This document shows, piece by piece, positions 48,383 to 58,715 of a stretch of DNA of 64,000 nucleotides. Every line of letters starts with the position of its first letter. Within the stretch, counting starts at the first letter, position 1. The position numbers were made by a program, and so were the translations under genes. Source of the stretch: Fibrobacterales bacterium. Lineage in GTDB: Bacteria > Fibrobacterota > Fibrobacteria > Fibrobacterales > JAOPTW01. The DNA lies in contig JAOPTW010000009.1 of NCBI GenBank assembly GCA_051532035.1, positions 1-64,000 on the forward strand. Direction: 5' to 3'. The notes below the pieces were generated by a model. That model searched no databases, was not told the origin of the DNA, and saw only the letters and a program-made list of their open reading frames with translations.

Positions 48383-51106
48383 GTGATTGTGCATTTTTTA
48401 AAACTACTGTCTATACCCGTCATGGGGGCGCTGCTTATGGTGAGTTGCTCCCTAGCCCCGTACCAACTACTCGAGAGTGAAAAATTTGTCCTACAATATC
48501 CAGGCTCAGAACAGCTTATAGATTATTCTCAGTATGGGATGTTTAAATATGAAGGAACACCCCACTACCGATATCAAATTACCGAACTTGAAGGTCTCAA
48601 AAATGCTGCAGGTTCTGGGGTGTATCCCAATAGGGATTTTGCCATGTTAGATACACTGTACTCTCAGGTTATAGGTTTGCCAGACTACAGCACTGATTTT
48701 TTTGCTCAAGGTGAATACCCCAAAGTTGACTACTTTAAGTCTCTCTCAGCAAAAGAGGGGTGGGCACTCCGACACTACTATGCTGCTGATGCTCTCGTCA
48801 GAACCGGTGAGATTCTCCAGGCGCTCAAAACGTATTATGCAATTGTTGTGCACTTCCCTACAGAATTCTCGTACAGGGCTGATGGAAAGGAGGTGTGGTA
48901 TATTGCTCAGAGTGCCATCACAAAAATTAAAATTCTGGTGGGTAAACATCCACAGCTCGGATTGCAGTATAGTGGCTCGTCGTTTGTAGTGAAAAATACC
49001 AATGATTATGATGTGACCAATGATGTAGTCATAGTGAATCCAGGGAGAATAACGGGCGAGGCTGTAGGAGCGGCAATTAATGGTGGAGTGCCAGGCGGTT
49101 ACGAAAGAGCTATAGAAAAACGTGATACTGGGCTCCTTAAAACAGCAGTAGTGCTTTCTGATATGGGTCAGAAGGAGTTTATTGATTATGGTCTTTATGG
49201 TACTTTTGCTCATCAAGATGGTTCAGGTGTTTTTGGGTATACTATTACTGATTCTGCAAGCCTTGTACAAGCTGCGGGTGAGGGGATCTATCCCAATCAA
49301 TCAACAGTACTCTCCAATGAACTCTATGTATCAATGAAAACGGCGGAGTGGCTCACTGTAGAATGTTTTGAAACCTTCTCCTATAACTCACCTCTGTTAC
49401 AGTATCTCTCTTTTGCGACGGTTACCGAAACGTCGAACCCTGGTCGCTCAATCAATAAAGGAGAGAAGCTTTTTTTTACGGGAGTCGCTTTGCAAAGCGC
49501 AGGTGAAGAACAGCAAGATCTCAACCTTATTCGTCAGGCTGTTAAGGCATACTATGCGGTGATCGTTCATTTTCCTGGTGATGCCTCTATGGCGAGGGAT
49601 AGCAGCTATGTGTGGTATCCGGCTAAGGCGAGTATTGGTAAAATTACTTTCTTACTCGAACAATATCCAGAGTTGGGCACTGCCCTTGAGCAGACGGTCA
49701 TAACTATCGCGAATGAATTTGATATAGATACGAGTAATGATACGGTTACGGTGAGTCTGGGGAGGCTGGTGCCAGCCAAAGACGAAGCGTTACCGGGTCT
49801 CGATACGCTCAAAGTGGTAGAACGGAGGTGTGGTGGTAAAAAGAGCTCGACAGATGTCTGTGATAAAAAAGTGTATGCCGAAAAATATGAGCATGGTCAT
49901 TGGCAGCTTTTTGCAGATGGTAAACCGTATATGGTGCAGGGGGTCTCTTATTATCCGACCGCAGTAGGGAATTCTCCCAAAGATGGTACCGCTCTCAACT
50001 GGATGAAGAGCGATAGAAATAACAATGGCAAAGCCGACACTCCTTATGATGCATGGCTCGATAAAAACCATAATAACACACAAGATAGTAATGAGCTATC
50101 AGTGGGTGATTTTGCGTTGATGCAAGAGATGGGGGCAAATACTATTCGCTATTACCATACGCCAGTAGAGAAGCGGATTGCAAGAGAGGGTCAAAAAGAT
50201 TCTATTGAAATAACCTATGATTCTGAAGCGGCGTTCGATAAGTCGGTACTCCGAGACCTGTATCAGACCTATGGTATTCGAGTTATACTGGGAGATTATA
50301 TTGGAGCGTATCTCATTGGGTCTGGCGCAGATCCAAAGATAGGCACTGATTATCGAGACCCTATCCAAAGAGAGCGAATGAAAAGTATGGTGCGTGCATT
50401 GGTTATGGATCACAAAGATGAGCCCTATGTGTTATTATGGGTGCTGGGTAACGAAAATAATATGCGTACTGATTACGAGGGGGCAAACATGACAATGACT
50501 CTTGCATCACAATATCCTGAAGCGTATTGTCGGTTTCTCAATGAAGTTGCAGTGATGATACATGAAATTGACCCAGACCATCCCGTTATGATTGGAAATC
50601 TCGAAACGCAACTTATGGAGTATTATGGTGAACATGCGTCAGCGATAGATATTCTAGGGGTTAATTCTTATCGAGGTAAGGAGGGTTTTGGTGATCTCTT
50701 TCACAATGTACAGAGCGTATTTGATAGGCCACTACTGATATCTGAGTATGGGTCAGATGTGCTTGACATACGAAACGATGGGACCACCATCAATGAGATG
50801 AGTCAATTGAACTACCATAAAGGCACTTGGGGGAACATTATGAAGAATAGTGCCGGTAACAATGGGGTAGGTAATGCAATTGGAGGAATCGCCTTTGAGT
50901 GGGTTGATGAATGGTGGAAGAGTGCACTCGGTTCAAAGAACAATCAAGATATAGATAAAGATGCGCCGATGCCCTTTCAAGATGGTTGGTCTTCGGAGGA
51001 GTATTTTGGTATTATGGGTCAAGGCGAGGGTATAGAGAGTCCATATATGAGGCAACCACGCAAAGTCTATTATTACTATAAATCCATCTGGCCTCAGGTA
51101 CAATAG
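48383..51106 (+). CDS. Lipoprotein with a duplicated N-terminal domain and a clan GH-A (GH2-like) TIM barrel
   Basis: MVS-C; GKPYMVQGVSY, MGANTIRYY, WVLGNEN (acid/base), GVNSYRG, LISEYGSD (nucleophile), FEWVDEWWK. Confidence 0.8.
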   Translation: MIVHFLKLLSIPVMGALLMVSCSLAPYQLLESEKFVLQYPGSEQLIDYSQYGMFKYEGTPHYRYQITELEGLKNAAGSGVYPNRDFAMLDTLYSQVIGLPDYSTDFFAQGEYPKVDYFKSLSAKEGWALRHYYAADALVRTGEILQALKTYYAIVVHFPTEFSYRADGKEVWYIAQSAITKIKILVGKHPQLGLQYSGSSFVVKNTNDYDVTNDVVIVNPGRITGEAVGAAINGGVPGGYERAIEKRDTGLLKTAVVLSDMGQKEFIDYGLYGTFAHQDGSGVFGYTITDSASLVQAAGEGIYPNQSTVLSNELYVSMKTAEWLTVECFETFSYNSPLLQYLSFATVTETSNPGRSINKGEKLFFTGVALQSAGEEQQDLNLIRQAVKAYYAVIVHFPGDASMARDSSYVWYPAKASIGKITFLLEQYPELGTALEQTVITIANEFDIDTSNDTVTVSLGRLVPAKDEALPGLDTLKVVERRCGGKKSSTDVCDKKVYAEKYEHGHWQLFADGKPYMVQGVSYYPTAVGNSPKDGTALNWMKSDRNNNGKADTPYDAWLDKNHNNTQDSNELSVGDFALMQEMGANTIRYYHTPVEKRIAREGQKDSIEITYDSEAAFDKSVLRDLYQTYGIRVILGDYIGAYLIGSGADPKIGTDYRDPIQRERMKSMVRALVMDHKDEPYVLLWVLGNENNMRTDYEGANMTMTLASQYPEAYCRFLNEVAVMIHEIDPDHPVMIGNLETQLMEYYGEHASAIDILGVNSYRGKEGFGDLFHNVQSVFDRPLLISEYGSDVLDIRNDGTTINEMSQLNYHKGTWGNIMKNSAGNNGVGNAIGGIAFEWVDEWWKSALGSKNNQDIDKDAPMPFQDGWSSEEYFGIMGQGEGIESPYMRQPRKVYYYYKSIWPQVQ

Positions 51107-51130
51107 TCGCCTGAGGGCGAAGGGAGTGGA

Positions 51131-51946
51131 ATGAAAAAAGCATTGATAACAGGAGGGACTTCTGGTGTAGGGCTCTCAATTGCAGAAGGTGTTCTTGCAC
51201 AGGGATATAGTGTTGCCCTTATTGGCAGAGATCAAAAAAGGGGTGCTGATGTTATTCAAGAGTTGGAGGCTCTCTATCCAGGTAGGGTAACGTTTTTTTC
51301 TGTTGACCTGAGTGATCAGAATATCGTTCAGAGCTTTATTGAGGCGTATACCGCAGGTAACGATACACTTGACCTGTTGGCCAATTGTGCTGGCATTGTC
51401 TCACCCAAAAGAGTTGTTACTCATCAGAATTGTGAGCAGACTTTTGCGGTCGGTTTTTTGAGTGCCGCACAGTTGAGTGTTGCACTCATGCCTCTTTTAC
51501 AAAATGCATCTCATGGTCGTATAATTAATGTTTCGGGTGGGGCTTCTATGGTACTTACAGAGCGACTGAAGTTTACTGATCTTACTTTTAAGAAGGGGTA
51601 TAACGGTTTTAAGGCGGCTATTACCGCTGTTCATGCAAAAACAGTACTGACTGAAGTCTTGGCTGAACGTTATTCAGATGTCTCTGTGGTGTCGTTTCAC
51701 CCAGGGATAGTGCGTTCCAATCTCCAAAGAAATCTAAGAGGGATATTGGGGGTTGTTGCTCGATTTACTGCACGGTTTTTCCCTGTAGTATGTACTACAG
51801 GGATATTTGTGGCGACAGATCCGCTCTTTATAAAAGAGTCGGGTGTCTATGTGGTTAAAAAGCGGGTGAAGAAATTACACTTTACTTCACCCTATAAAAA
51901 AGAACTGTGGAATGTGGTGCAGTCAATGTTCATTGTGGGGCATTGA
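51131..51946 (+). CDS. SDR family oxidoreductase (retinol dehydrogenase-like)
   Basis: ITGGTSGVG, VDLSD, LANCAG, FHPGIVRSNL. Confidence 0.88.
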   Translation: MKKALITGGTSGVGLSIAEGVLAQGYSVALIGRDQKRGADVIQELEALYPGRVTFFSVDLSDQNIVQSFIEAYTAGNDTLDLLANCAGIVSPKRVVTHQNCEQTFAVGFLSAAQLSVALMPLLQNASHGRIINVSGGASMVLTERLKFTDLTFKKGYNGFKAAITAVHAKTVLTEVLAERYSDVSVVSFHPGIVRSNLQRNLRGILGVVARFTARFFPVVCTTGIFVATDPLFIKESGVYVVKKRVKKLHFTSPYKKELWNVVQSMFIVGH

Positions 51947-52000
51947 GAGAGCTACTGTAACCATTCTGAATCTTCTGCATATTTAATTCTGAGTGACCTG

Positions 52001-52588
52001 TTAACTCCCGCTTTTTTCAAAATGGATAAAGTCGATGAGGAAAATTGCACTGAGTAAAATTTTAAACGAGTCATGATCAATAGAGTTGGTGAGTTGCAGG
52101 CCAAATGAGTCGGCGTTGGTAAATGCTTCTTTGAGTAATCCACCAAATTTTTTCTTAATAACGCCTATCTTATGTTCGTCTTTTTTTAGATAAAAGGTCC
52201 AAGGCTTTAATAAAGGACCTTCGATTTCCATAATCTTCTCACCCGTCGAATTAAAGATTTCATATCGTTTATGTAATAGAGTGAATCGCTTCTCTATACG
52301 GCCTATAGAGACACCCTCTGCATCAAAAATTTCAATTTCATGGAAGATAAAACGAAATGGTCTTTTTATAGTGATAAAGGTGTCTTGTGAGGAGATGTGT
52401 GCAACGACAATGGTAAAAGGTCGGAGGTTTTTGAGGAACATCCGGCTTAAAAAGCTGGTATTGACTTCGGCAGCAATGTAGTCAGGAGTTTCTTTACCAA
52501 AATAAACTTCATAGTGGTTCTTGGTCTCAATTCCCGTGAGAATTTCGAATACTTCTTTCTTTTGTTTTACGATTATTTCATTACTCAT
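52001..52588 (-). CDS. Phospholipid scramblase/LURP-one (tubby-like) family protein
   Basis: VKQKKEVFEILTGIETKNHY, RPFT, KRPFRF, KEAFTNADSF, AIFLIDFIHFE. Confidence 0.85.
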   Translation of the reverse strand: MSNEIIVKQKKEVFEILTGIETKNHYEVYFGKETPDYIAAEVNTSFLSRMFLKNLRPFTIVVAHISSQDTFITIKRPFRFIFHEIEIFDAEGVSIGRIEKRFTLLHKRYEIFNSTGEKIMEIEGPLLKPWTFYLKKDEHKIGVIKKKFGGLLKEAFTNADSFGLQLTNSIDHDSFKILLSAIFLIDFIHFEKSGS

Positions 52589-52761
52589 TGAATTTATTCT
52601 TTAAAAATACAACTGAAATAAATGTACTATATGTTGGCCACTTACGGTAAGGGCTTTAAGGAGAACTACTCCCTGAAAAGTTTCTATAAAATAAGGAAAG
52701 CCTTCGCCCTCAAGACCATATTTATATATTTACAATAGTGTAACCATGTGTTGAATTTGGC

Positions 52762-54045
52762 ATGGTTATCCTAATGAAAACTAAGGAAGTGGATTATATG
52801 CGTGCAGTATTTGATAAATCAGTGGTATCACCAGTTATACTCTTTATTTTAGCTACAACGATACTATTGTTTTTGGGTGGGTGCTGTAATTGCAAGCAGA
52901 TCCGTGTTGTTGTTACTCATCATGATGCAACAGGTGACTCGCTTTCAATTGCTGCTGAGTGCAGTGAAATTGAAGATTCGTTGACAACCATCTATAAATC
53001 GTGGGAGCCTACTCCTACTAGCCTCTCTCAGAGTAATACAGCAGAGAGTACCCCTCTCCCTAAACAAGCAGTTACCGCCTGGGAAGATGCAGAAATTCCT
53101 GAGGATCTCGCTGCAAATTATGAAGATTATACTATTGATCCTGCAGGTAAAATACCATACAATACTGAGTACGTAGTTATTCTTGTTATTGATGGAGTAC
53201 GGTGGAGTGAATCGTGGGGAGACCCTACGTTCTCTTTAATACAAAACCAAGCACATATCATGAAACAACGGGGTGTCTTTAATAAGAATTTTTATAATGA
53301 TGGAGTCACTGAAACAGTACCGGGGCATACTGCTCTAACTACTGGTAATTATCAAAAAATGAATAATCATGGGAAACAGCTTCCGAAAAAATCTTCCATA
53401 TTTCAACATTGGCGTAAGGCTTTTCATAAAAAGAAGAGTGATGCGTATATTCTAGCTACTAAAGGAAAACTTGCTGTTCTTGGATCGTCTCTTGACCCTA
53501 AGTGGCGTGGTAAGTATGAGCCAAAGACCTATTGCGGTGTGAATGGTAAAGGTGTTAAAGGCGGCTATTCTAACGATAAAGCAATGATGAAAAAAGCCTT
53601 TAAGGTGTTGCGTAAGTATCATCCTCAATTGAGTCTGATTACCCTGTATGGTCCCGATTATTGGGGGCATAAAAAGAAATGGAAAAAATATGTGAAAGCT
53701 ATTGAAGAGACCGATGAAATGGTGTTAAAGCTTCTGAATCATTTTCAGACCGATCCTTTTTATAAGGGTAAAACAACAGTCTTCTTAACTAATGACCACG
53801 GTAGACATTTAAAAGGGCATAAGAATGGGTTTCATTCGCACGGAGATAATTGTGATGGCTGTAAGCATTTAAGCTTTATGGCATTCGGGCCAGACTTTAA
53901 ACAAGATGTTGAAGTATCAACCCGTCGTGATCTCATAGATATCCCAGCAACTATCGAAGAGCTTATGGGTTTTGATGTCCCTCATGTAAAAGGCGACATT
54001 ATGACTGAACTCTTTCTTGATAAATATCAGAGTAACTTTAAATAA
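52762..54045 (+). CDS. Alkaline phosphatase superfamily (sulfatase/phosphodiesterase-like) lipoprotein, Lys-rich
   Basis: LVIDGVRWSE, TVPGHTALTTG, PDYWGH, TNDHGRH, FGPDF, DIPAT. Start may be 52798. Confidence 0.85.
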   Translation: MVILMKTKEVDYMRAVFDKSVVSPVILFILATTILLFLGGCCNCKQIRVVVTHHDATGDSLSIAAECSEIEDSLTTIYKSWEPTPTSLSQSNTAESTPLPKQAVTAWEDAEIPEDLAANYEDYTIDPAGKIPYNTEYVVILVIDGVRWSESWGDPTFSLIQNQAHIMKQRGVFNKNFYNDGVTETVPGHTALTTGNYQKMNNHGKQLPKKSSIFQHWRKAFHKKKSDAYILATKGKLAVLGSSLDPKWRGKYEPKTYCGVNGKGVKGGYSNDKAMMKKAFKVLRKYHPQLSLITLYGPDYWGHKKKWKKYVKAIEETDEMVLKLLNHFQTDPFYKGKTTVFLTNDHGRHLKGHKNGFHSHGDNCDGCKHLSFMAFGPDFKQDVEVSTRRDLIDIPATIEELMGFDVPHVKGDIMTELFLDKYQSNFK

Positions 54046-54063
54046 CGGTATTAGATACTACTG

Positions 54064-55446
54064 TTATTTTTTAGTCGCCTTCTCTAAATTACTTTTTGAT
54101 GTACTGATAAGTCGTTGTAACCTTTTGAATCCTTTTTCAAAACTTCGAGGAGAGTAAATCTTCTTCTCTTTTTTATGAAGGATATAGGCCTCATCAACGG
54201 CGTCAGTAATTTGGGCTTTCCATGCATCTAACATCATAGGGGCTCGAGCAATAGGGCCTGTAAGAAGTCTCAGCTGTGCTGCTTTGTACTTTTTGTTGTA
54301 GTAGTTCCACCCTTTAACAACTGGGTCGCAACTAGCAGAACGCTGATTGTTGTAAATTTTACATTTGTTTGAAATCTTACCCCAGGGATCTATTGCCATA
54401 CCCTTACTGGTATCAAAAGCGAGATCCATATCCCAAGGAATGATGTAATTCTTTTTGGTCAGTGGGTCAGCGTACCAGTAAAAATTGTGAGGCTCAGAGA
54501 TTTCGTTCCCTTTGTACCACCAGTGGAATGCACCATCATTATTCCAAATAGCGCGGTCTACCGCTGCATAGGTGGCCATATATTCAATGTTAACCCATTT
54601 TTTGAATTTTTTAGCCAGGGTTCGGCGCCTTTTTGAGCTACTCATGTCTTCACCAAAAGAGTAGAAAAGGTCTATTGCAGCAGAGTCGGCATTGTTTTTA
54701 AGTGCACTTATAATTTTTTCTTTGGGGCTCGGCTGTTTGTTCCATGTTGTGGGCCAGACCTCTTTGATAAGGGCACCATCGCCCCCTTTAAAGTTCCTTT
54801 CTACAAAGCGGGTGTCGACGTGTTCAACATGGGTAAAAAGGCCTATATGCTTTCCATTCATGTATATCTTGGCGTGTACCGCTCGAGGTGCGGGGATGCC
54901 AGCTTCTCTAAAGAGCCAGTAACTGAGGCGCTCTCTCATTTGAGATGCGTAGTTGTTCATACTATGGAATTGCAACTTTTTTATTCCATAAAAAGTGCGC
55001 TCTTTAAGATGATCAATTTTAACCTTCATAGAGAGTTTAGAGCACGTCTTTTGGCCACCAAGGGGCCACCCGTTGTCTTTGGTCTTGGATACGCATCCCC
55101 AGAATGCCCCTAAGGACCCTTTGTATCGTATGCCAACATTGGTGAGGGTGTCGCCTTCAAAAACGAGTGCACCCGTTAAATAGCGTTCAGCCATGGGGTC
55201 GTTGTTTAACACTGCTACCGAGTCTTCAGGGAGTAATAACTCGTAAGTGCGGAGTTCTTTTTGATCAAAAAGGTAGTCAGAACCTCTAAATAAGCCCTTG
55301 AGCTCTAAATAAGGGGGTCTACAACTAATGAAAAGTGTTGTAGCAAATAATACTGGTACGAGAAAAAGAATCGTGGTTTTTCGAGCTTTAATAAAATTTA
55401 GTATTTTCAAAATCAGTCTTTTGTTATGACGGTATGAATGGAGCAC
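54064..55446 (-). CDS. CotH kinase family protein (basic)
   Basis: VGIRYKGS, MRERLSY, GIPAPR, VEHVD, HNFYWY, IPWDMD. Start uncertain. Confidence 0.88.
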   Translation of the reverse strand: MLHSYRHNKRLILKILNFIKARKTTILFLVPVLFATTLFISCRPPYLELKGLFRGSDYLFDQKELRTYELLLPEDSVAVLNNDPMAERYLTGALVFEGDTLTNVGIRYKGSLGAFWGCVSKTKDNGWPLGGQKTCSKLSMKVKIDHLKERTFYGIKKLQFHSMNNYASQMRERLSYWLFREAGIPAPRAVHAKIYMNGKHIGLFTHVEHVDTRFVERNFKGGDGALIKEVWPTTWNKQPSPKEKIISALKNNADSAAIDLFYSFGEDMSSSKRRRTLAKKFKKWVNIEYMATYAAVDRAIWNNDGAFHWWYKGNEISEPHNFYWYADPLTKKNYIIPWDMDLAFDTSKGMAIDPWGKISNKCKIYNNQRSASCDPVVKGWNYYNKKYKAAQLRLLTGPIARAPMMLDAWKAQITDAVDEAYILHKKEKKIYSPRSFEKGFKRLQRLISTSKSNLEKATKK

Positions 55447-55609
55447 TTACATGCTCGGCAAAAATGGCATCTTCCCCAAGATAATCCACTCTGCTTCAAC
55501 CGACTCTCCGTAGGTCAAAAAGAAAGATATCAAATATAGAGCTATTCTAAAGGGTAACTCCCCAATGGGGAGTTGATATCGTTGATTATGCTATCCTCAG
55601 TATCGATTT

Positions 55610-56326
55610 CTAGTAGAGGATGCCAAGAGATACGGAAACTGAGGTGGGTGGCTGTGTTTCCATGGTGTCAAATATTGAAAAGGATCGAAGTTCTAAGATG
55701 ATTTGCTTGTCTGATAATCGGAATATTTGTACGCCAATTGAGGCTCCAGCACCAAATCCATAAAACCATGGGTGTAGTTCCGATTTTGTAACCCCATAGC
55801 CAAAATCAAAGCCGATAAAGGGCGAAAAGCCACTATCCGTGAGGTAGTAATTCATCCCCAGTGAGAGTGTGCTGAGGAAGTCATGGTGCTTTATGTTGGC
55901 GCTATTTTGAAAAAGAACTTTAATAGAGCCGTGAGGAGTGACTTCCCACAACTTTCCAAAACCCGCAGAGTATTGTATTGATTCAGAGTACCCGGGGAGA
56001 GCTGATGGTCCAAAATTAAAGAGGTTGTACTTCTTACTCTCAATTTTTGTTTTCATTTTCTTTTGATTGCGGGGGTCTATATCACCCACTCGGTCTTCAT
56101 GAGGCTCTGGGGCAGGCGCTTGTTGTACATAGTGAGTAGTATGGCTTGGGTTTTGGGCGGGCGCTTGCGGGGCTTGATAGATTATCGGTGCAGATTCCGT
56201 TTGTACGGGCTGTATGGTCGTTTGTTGTTGAGGGGGCGCTTGCTGAATAATAACATTTTGCCCAAAAACTAATGGGGCAGAGAAAGCAATAGCGGTAACA
56301 GTAATAAGAAATGATTTATAAGACAT
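55610..56326 (-). CDS. Outer-membrane beta-barrel-like protein with Gln/Pro-rich N-terminus
   Basis: Signal peptide; alternating strands LGMNYY, SPFIGFDFGYG, GASIGVQIF; ends in aromatic residue (SLGILY). Confidence 0.7.
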   Translation of the reverse strand: MSYKSFLITVTAIAFSAPLVFGQNVIIQQAPPQQQTTIQPVQTESAPIIYQAPQAPAQNPSHTTHYVQQAPAPEPHEDRVGDIDPRNQKKMKTKIESKKYNLFNFGPSALPGYSESIQYSAGFGKLWEVTPHGSIKVLFQNSANIKHHDFLSTLSLGMNYYLTDSGFSPFIGFDFGYGVTKSELHPWFYGFGAGASIGVQIFRLSDKQIILELRSFSIFDTMETQPPTSVSVSLGILY

Positions 56327-56465
56327 ACTAACCAATGGGTTAAATAACTGACTAAAAAGGTACAAAGTATTTTTTAAGAATCAAGATGGATAGCGGTGAG
56401 AATGGCACCGTTTTTGTTACTAATAGTAAACAGTGTACTCTATGATCCCCCCTTAATGGGTGCAT

Positions 56466-57680
56466 TTAAAATGCATGGTTACCAAAGACTGCTGAGGGAA
56501 GTTTATGACCCGTTACTGAGTGTTTAATCGTTCGTTTTAGAACAAAATCAAACAAAAGCGGGTTATAGTCAAATATTTCATTAAGGAGCTCCCGCTCAAC
56601 TTTGGTAATGTGGCCCGACTTAACCAGAGCTGAGGTTCGAATGATGATGTTGATTGCAGGCAGTGGATAGTCGCTTCCATTGATGAGTTTGGGATGAATG
56701 GCAGTATTTTCAATTATGGCATCAATAGAGTGAAGGCGGTTTGCTTGGGTGATTGCAGAAATATCTGCATACAACAGTCCATCATACCGAGGATCTTTTA
56801 AGAGATCAATTGCCGAGATAAGATATTCTGGATGGGTACCACAGGGTTCCTCGGTACAAGAACCAAGACTGGCGACATGGGCCATAACAACCTTCACTCC
56901 TTTATCGAGCGGTGCATAGAGATACTGAGGGTTACCATAGCGCTGAGCTTCTTCACCTTCGGTGGCCTTTTCATCACCCGTATGCGTAATCAGAACCATA
57001 TCAAATTTTTTCATAGTCTCATAATAGGCATCGAGCATTGGTTTCTTTGTTTTGGATGCTGGGTTAATGTTCATTGAGTTAGGGAGCCACTTTACAAATC
57101 GTACCCCTTGCGCTCCATAGCGTTCGAGCTCTGCAATGGCATCAAGACGGTATGGGTGTATTGATATGATAGGGAAAAAGAGGTCGGGGTGTTGCTGAAC
57201 AACTTTCATCATATAGGCATTTGATACCTGAAAGGTAGAATGCTTTTTTCTAATGGCGCCGGCTTCGGAGTAGTTATAGTCGAATGCCATGAGCCCATAT
57301 TTTACAGGGTAGGGATGAGACGATATGAGCGACGTTAACCGTTCTAAATATTGTTCATCGAGTTTGTTATTGTTTGAAACTCCCGAAGCGCTCTTATATA
57401 CCTTAAACATGAGGTAGCCTTTGGGGTGGGTGAGGGAGAGCCACTCTTCGTTCACATAGGTGCCATTAGAGGACGAGTTTCCTACAAGGTGGGTGTGATA
57501 ATCATAGGCTGTATCGCCAGGAAGGCCACTAAATGCAGAGTCAATGAGCGCTGTTGCTTCGGGGCTCAGGTCTTTAGTGAGTAAAAAAGGATCTTTTTTT
57601 GATGCGCCACCAATGAGTGAGCATGATATAAGGAGGGGTGATAAAAAAGTAAATAGGAAAGTAAATAAGAGAGCTTTCAT
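56466..57680 (-). CDS. Amidohydrolase_2 family metallohydrolase lipoprotein
   Basis: LIS-C; DYHTH, SIHPYR, VKWLP, THTGDE, MAHVAS, NGSDYP. Confidence 0.88.
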   Translation of the reverse strand: MKALLFTFLFTFLSPLLISCSLIGGASKKDPFLLTKDLSPEATALIDSAFSGLPGDTAYDYHTHLVGNSSSNGTYVNEEWLSLTHPKGYLMFKVYKSASGVSNNNKLDEQYLERLTSLISSHPYPVKYGLMAFDYNYSEAGAIRKKHSTFQVSNAYMMKVVQQHPDLFFPIISIHPYRLDAIAELERYGAQGVRFVKWLPNSMNINPASKTKKPMLDAYYETMKKFDMVLITHTGDEKATEGEEAQRYGNPQYLYAPLDKGVKVVMAHVASLGSCTEEPCGTHPEYLISAIDLLKDPRYDGLLYADISAITQANRLHSIDAIIENTAIHPKLINGSDYPLPAINIIIRTSALVKSGHITKVERELLNEIFDYNPLLFDFVLKRTIKHSVTGHKLPSAVFGNHAF

Positions 57681-57805
57681 GAAAATCCTAGAAAACTCTA
57701 AAAGTATAAAGTTTTGTAGAGGTAGGGAATCCACGAGCGTACAATCTTGAATTTGAAAAAGGATTTGTCTTAGATGGGGGGATCGGTAACTGTGTTTACC
57801 TTTGA

Positions 57806-58171
57806 TTACTCCGTCGGAAGGTTGTTATCATTCCATTCCCGCCATCCGCCACTCATTGATGCGGTATTGGTATACCCCATCTGCTGCAATGTTGCACAAA
57901 CCAGTACACTGCGGTATCCACCGCCACAGTAGACAACGATTTTTTCATCGGTGTTTGGATGGGATGATTCAATATCGCGTTCAATCACTCCTTTGCCAAT
58001 ATGGTGTGCACCTACAATGTGCCCACGGGCCCATTCATCTTGTTCACGACAATCAATGAGTGCCATAGGTTCACTCGTGTCAATCATAGACTGTACCTCG
58101 TTGGGAGTGACTTCGGCAACTTCTTTAAGAGCTGATTTTACGATAGCAAGGAACTTTGGACTATGATTCAT
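57806..58171 (-). CDS. Rhodanese-like sulfurtransferase
   Basis: IDCREQDEW..GHI.GA, YCGGGYRS, SMSGGWREW. Confidence 0.92.
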   Translation of the reverse strand: MNHSPKFLAIVKSALKEVAEVTPNEVQSMIDTSEPMALIDCREQDEWARGHIVGAHHIGKGVIERDIESSHPNTDEKIVVYCGGGYRSVLVCATLQQMGYTNTASMSGGWREWNDNNLPTE

Positions 58172-58275
58172 GGGGACTCCAGTAGTGGTGTAGAGAGAAT
58201 ATATTAAAAATGCTTTTATAAGTTGTGCAAGGTATTTGCACAACTCCTCGTGATGTTGGATAGGGTATTTTTATG

Positions 58276-58596
58276 TTATGAGCCTGGCATCTGCATTAAT
58301 TCAGATACTTCGAGGGTGCCATTGGTCTCTAAGAAGGGGCATGCCTGTGCAATAGTCAGTGCTGCATCCATTGACTCTGCTTCAATAATGGTAAAACCTG
58401 ACATGCTCGTGGTACTACCAGGAGTAACGGTTTTGTCTGGGTGTACTGTTTGGGTTCCTTTGAATGGGTTGGCAGGGCTGATTGCACTACTCCCCAAGGA
58501 TCGAATCCACTCCATGTATTGAGTCATATGCTTTTTGCCCTCTTCGGGGCTTGATGGTTGTTCACCGCCAAGATAGGTTATACAGAATTGTGGCAT
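58276..58596 (-). CDS. YciI/DGPF-family dimeric alpha-beta barrel protein
   Basis: YMEWIRSL, SGFTIIEAESMDAA..IAQACP. Confidence 0.85.
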   Translation of the reverse strand: MPQFCITYLGGEQPSSPEEGKKHMTQYMEWIRSLGSSAISPANPFKGTQTVHPDKTVTPGSTTSMSGFTIIEAESMDAALTIAQACPFLETNGTLEVSELMQMPGS

Positions 58597-58715
58597 AATG
58601 ATTATTCCTTATATAAGTACACAGTACTTAATTCTAGTATAGAATACCGAAATGAGCACGAGAGAAATTGTTGGGAGCATAATATATCAATCTTGTAGTG
58701 GGATGATAGGCCTCA

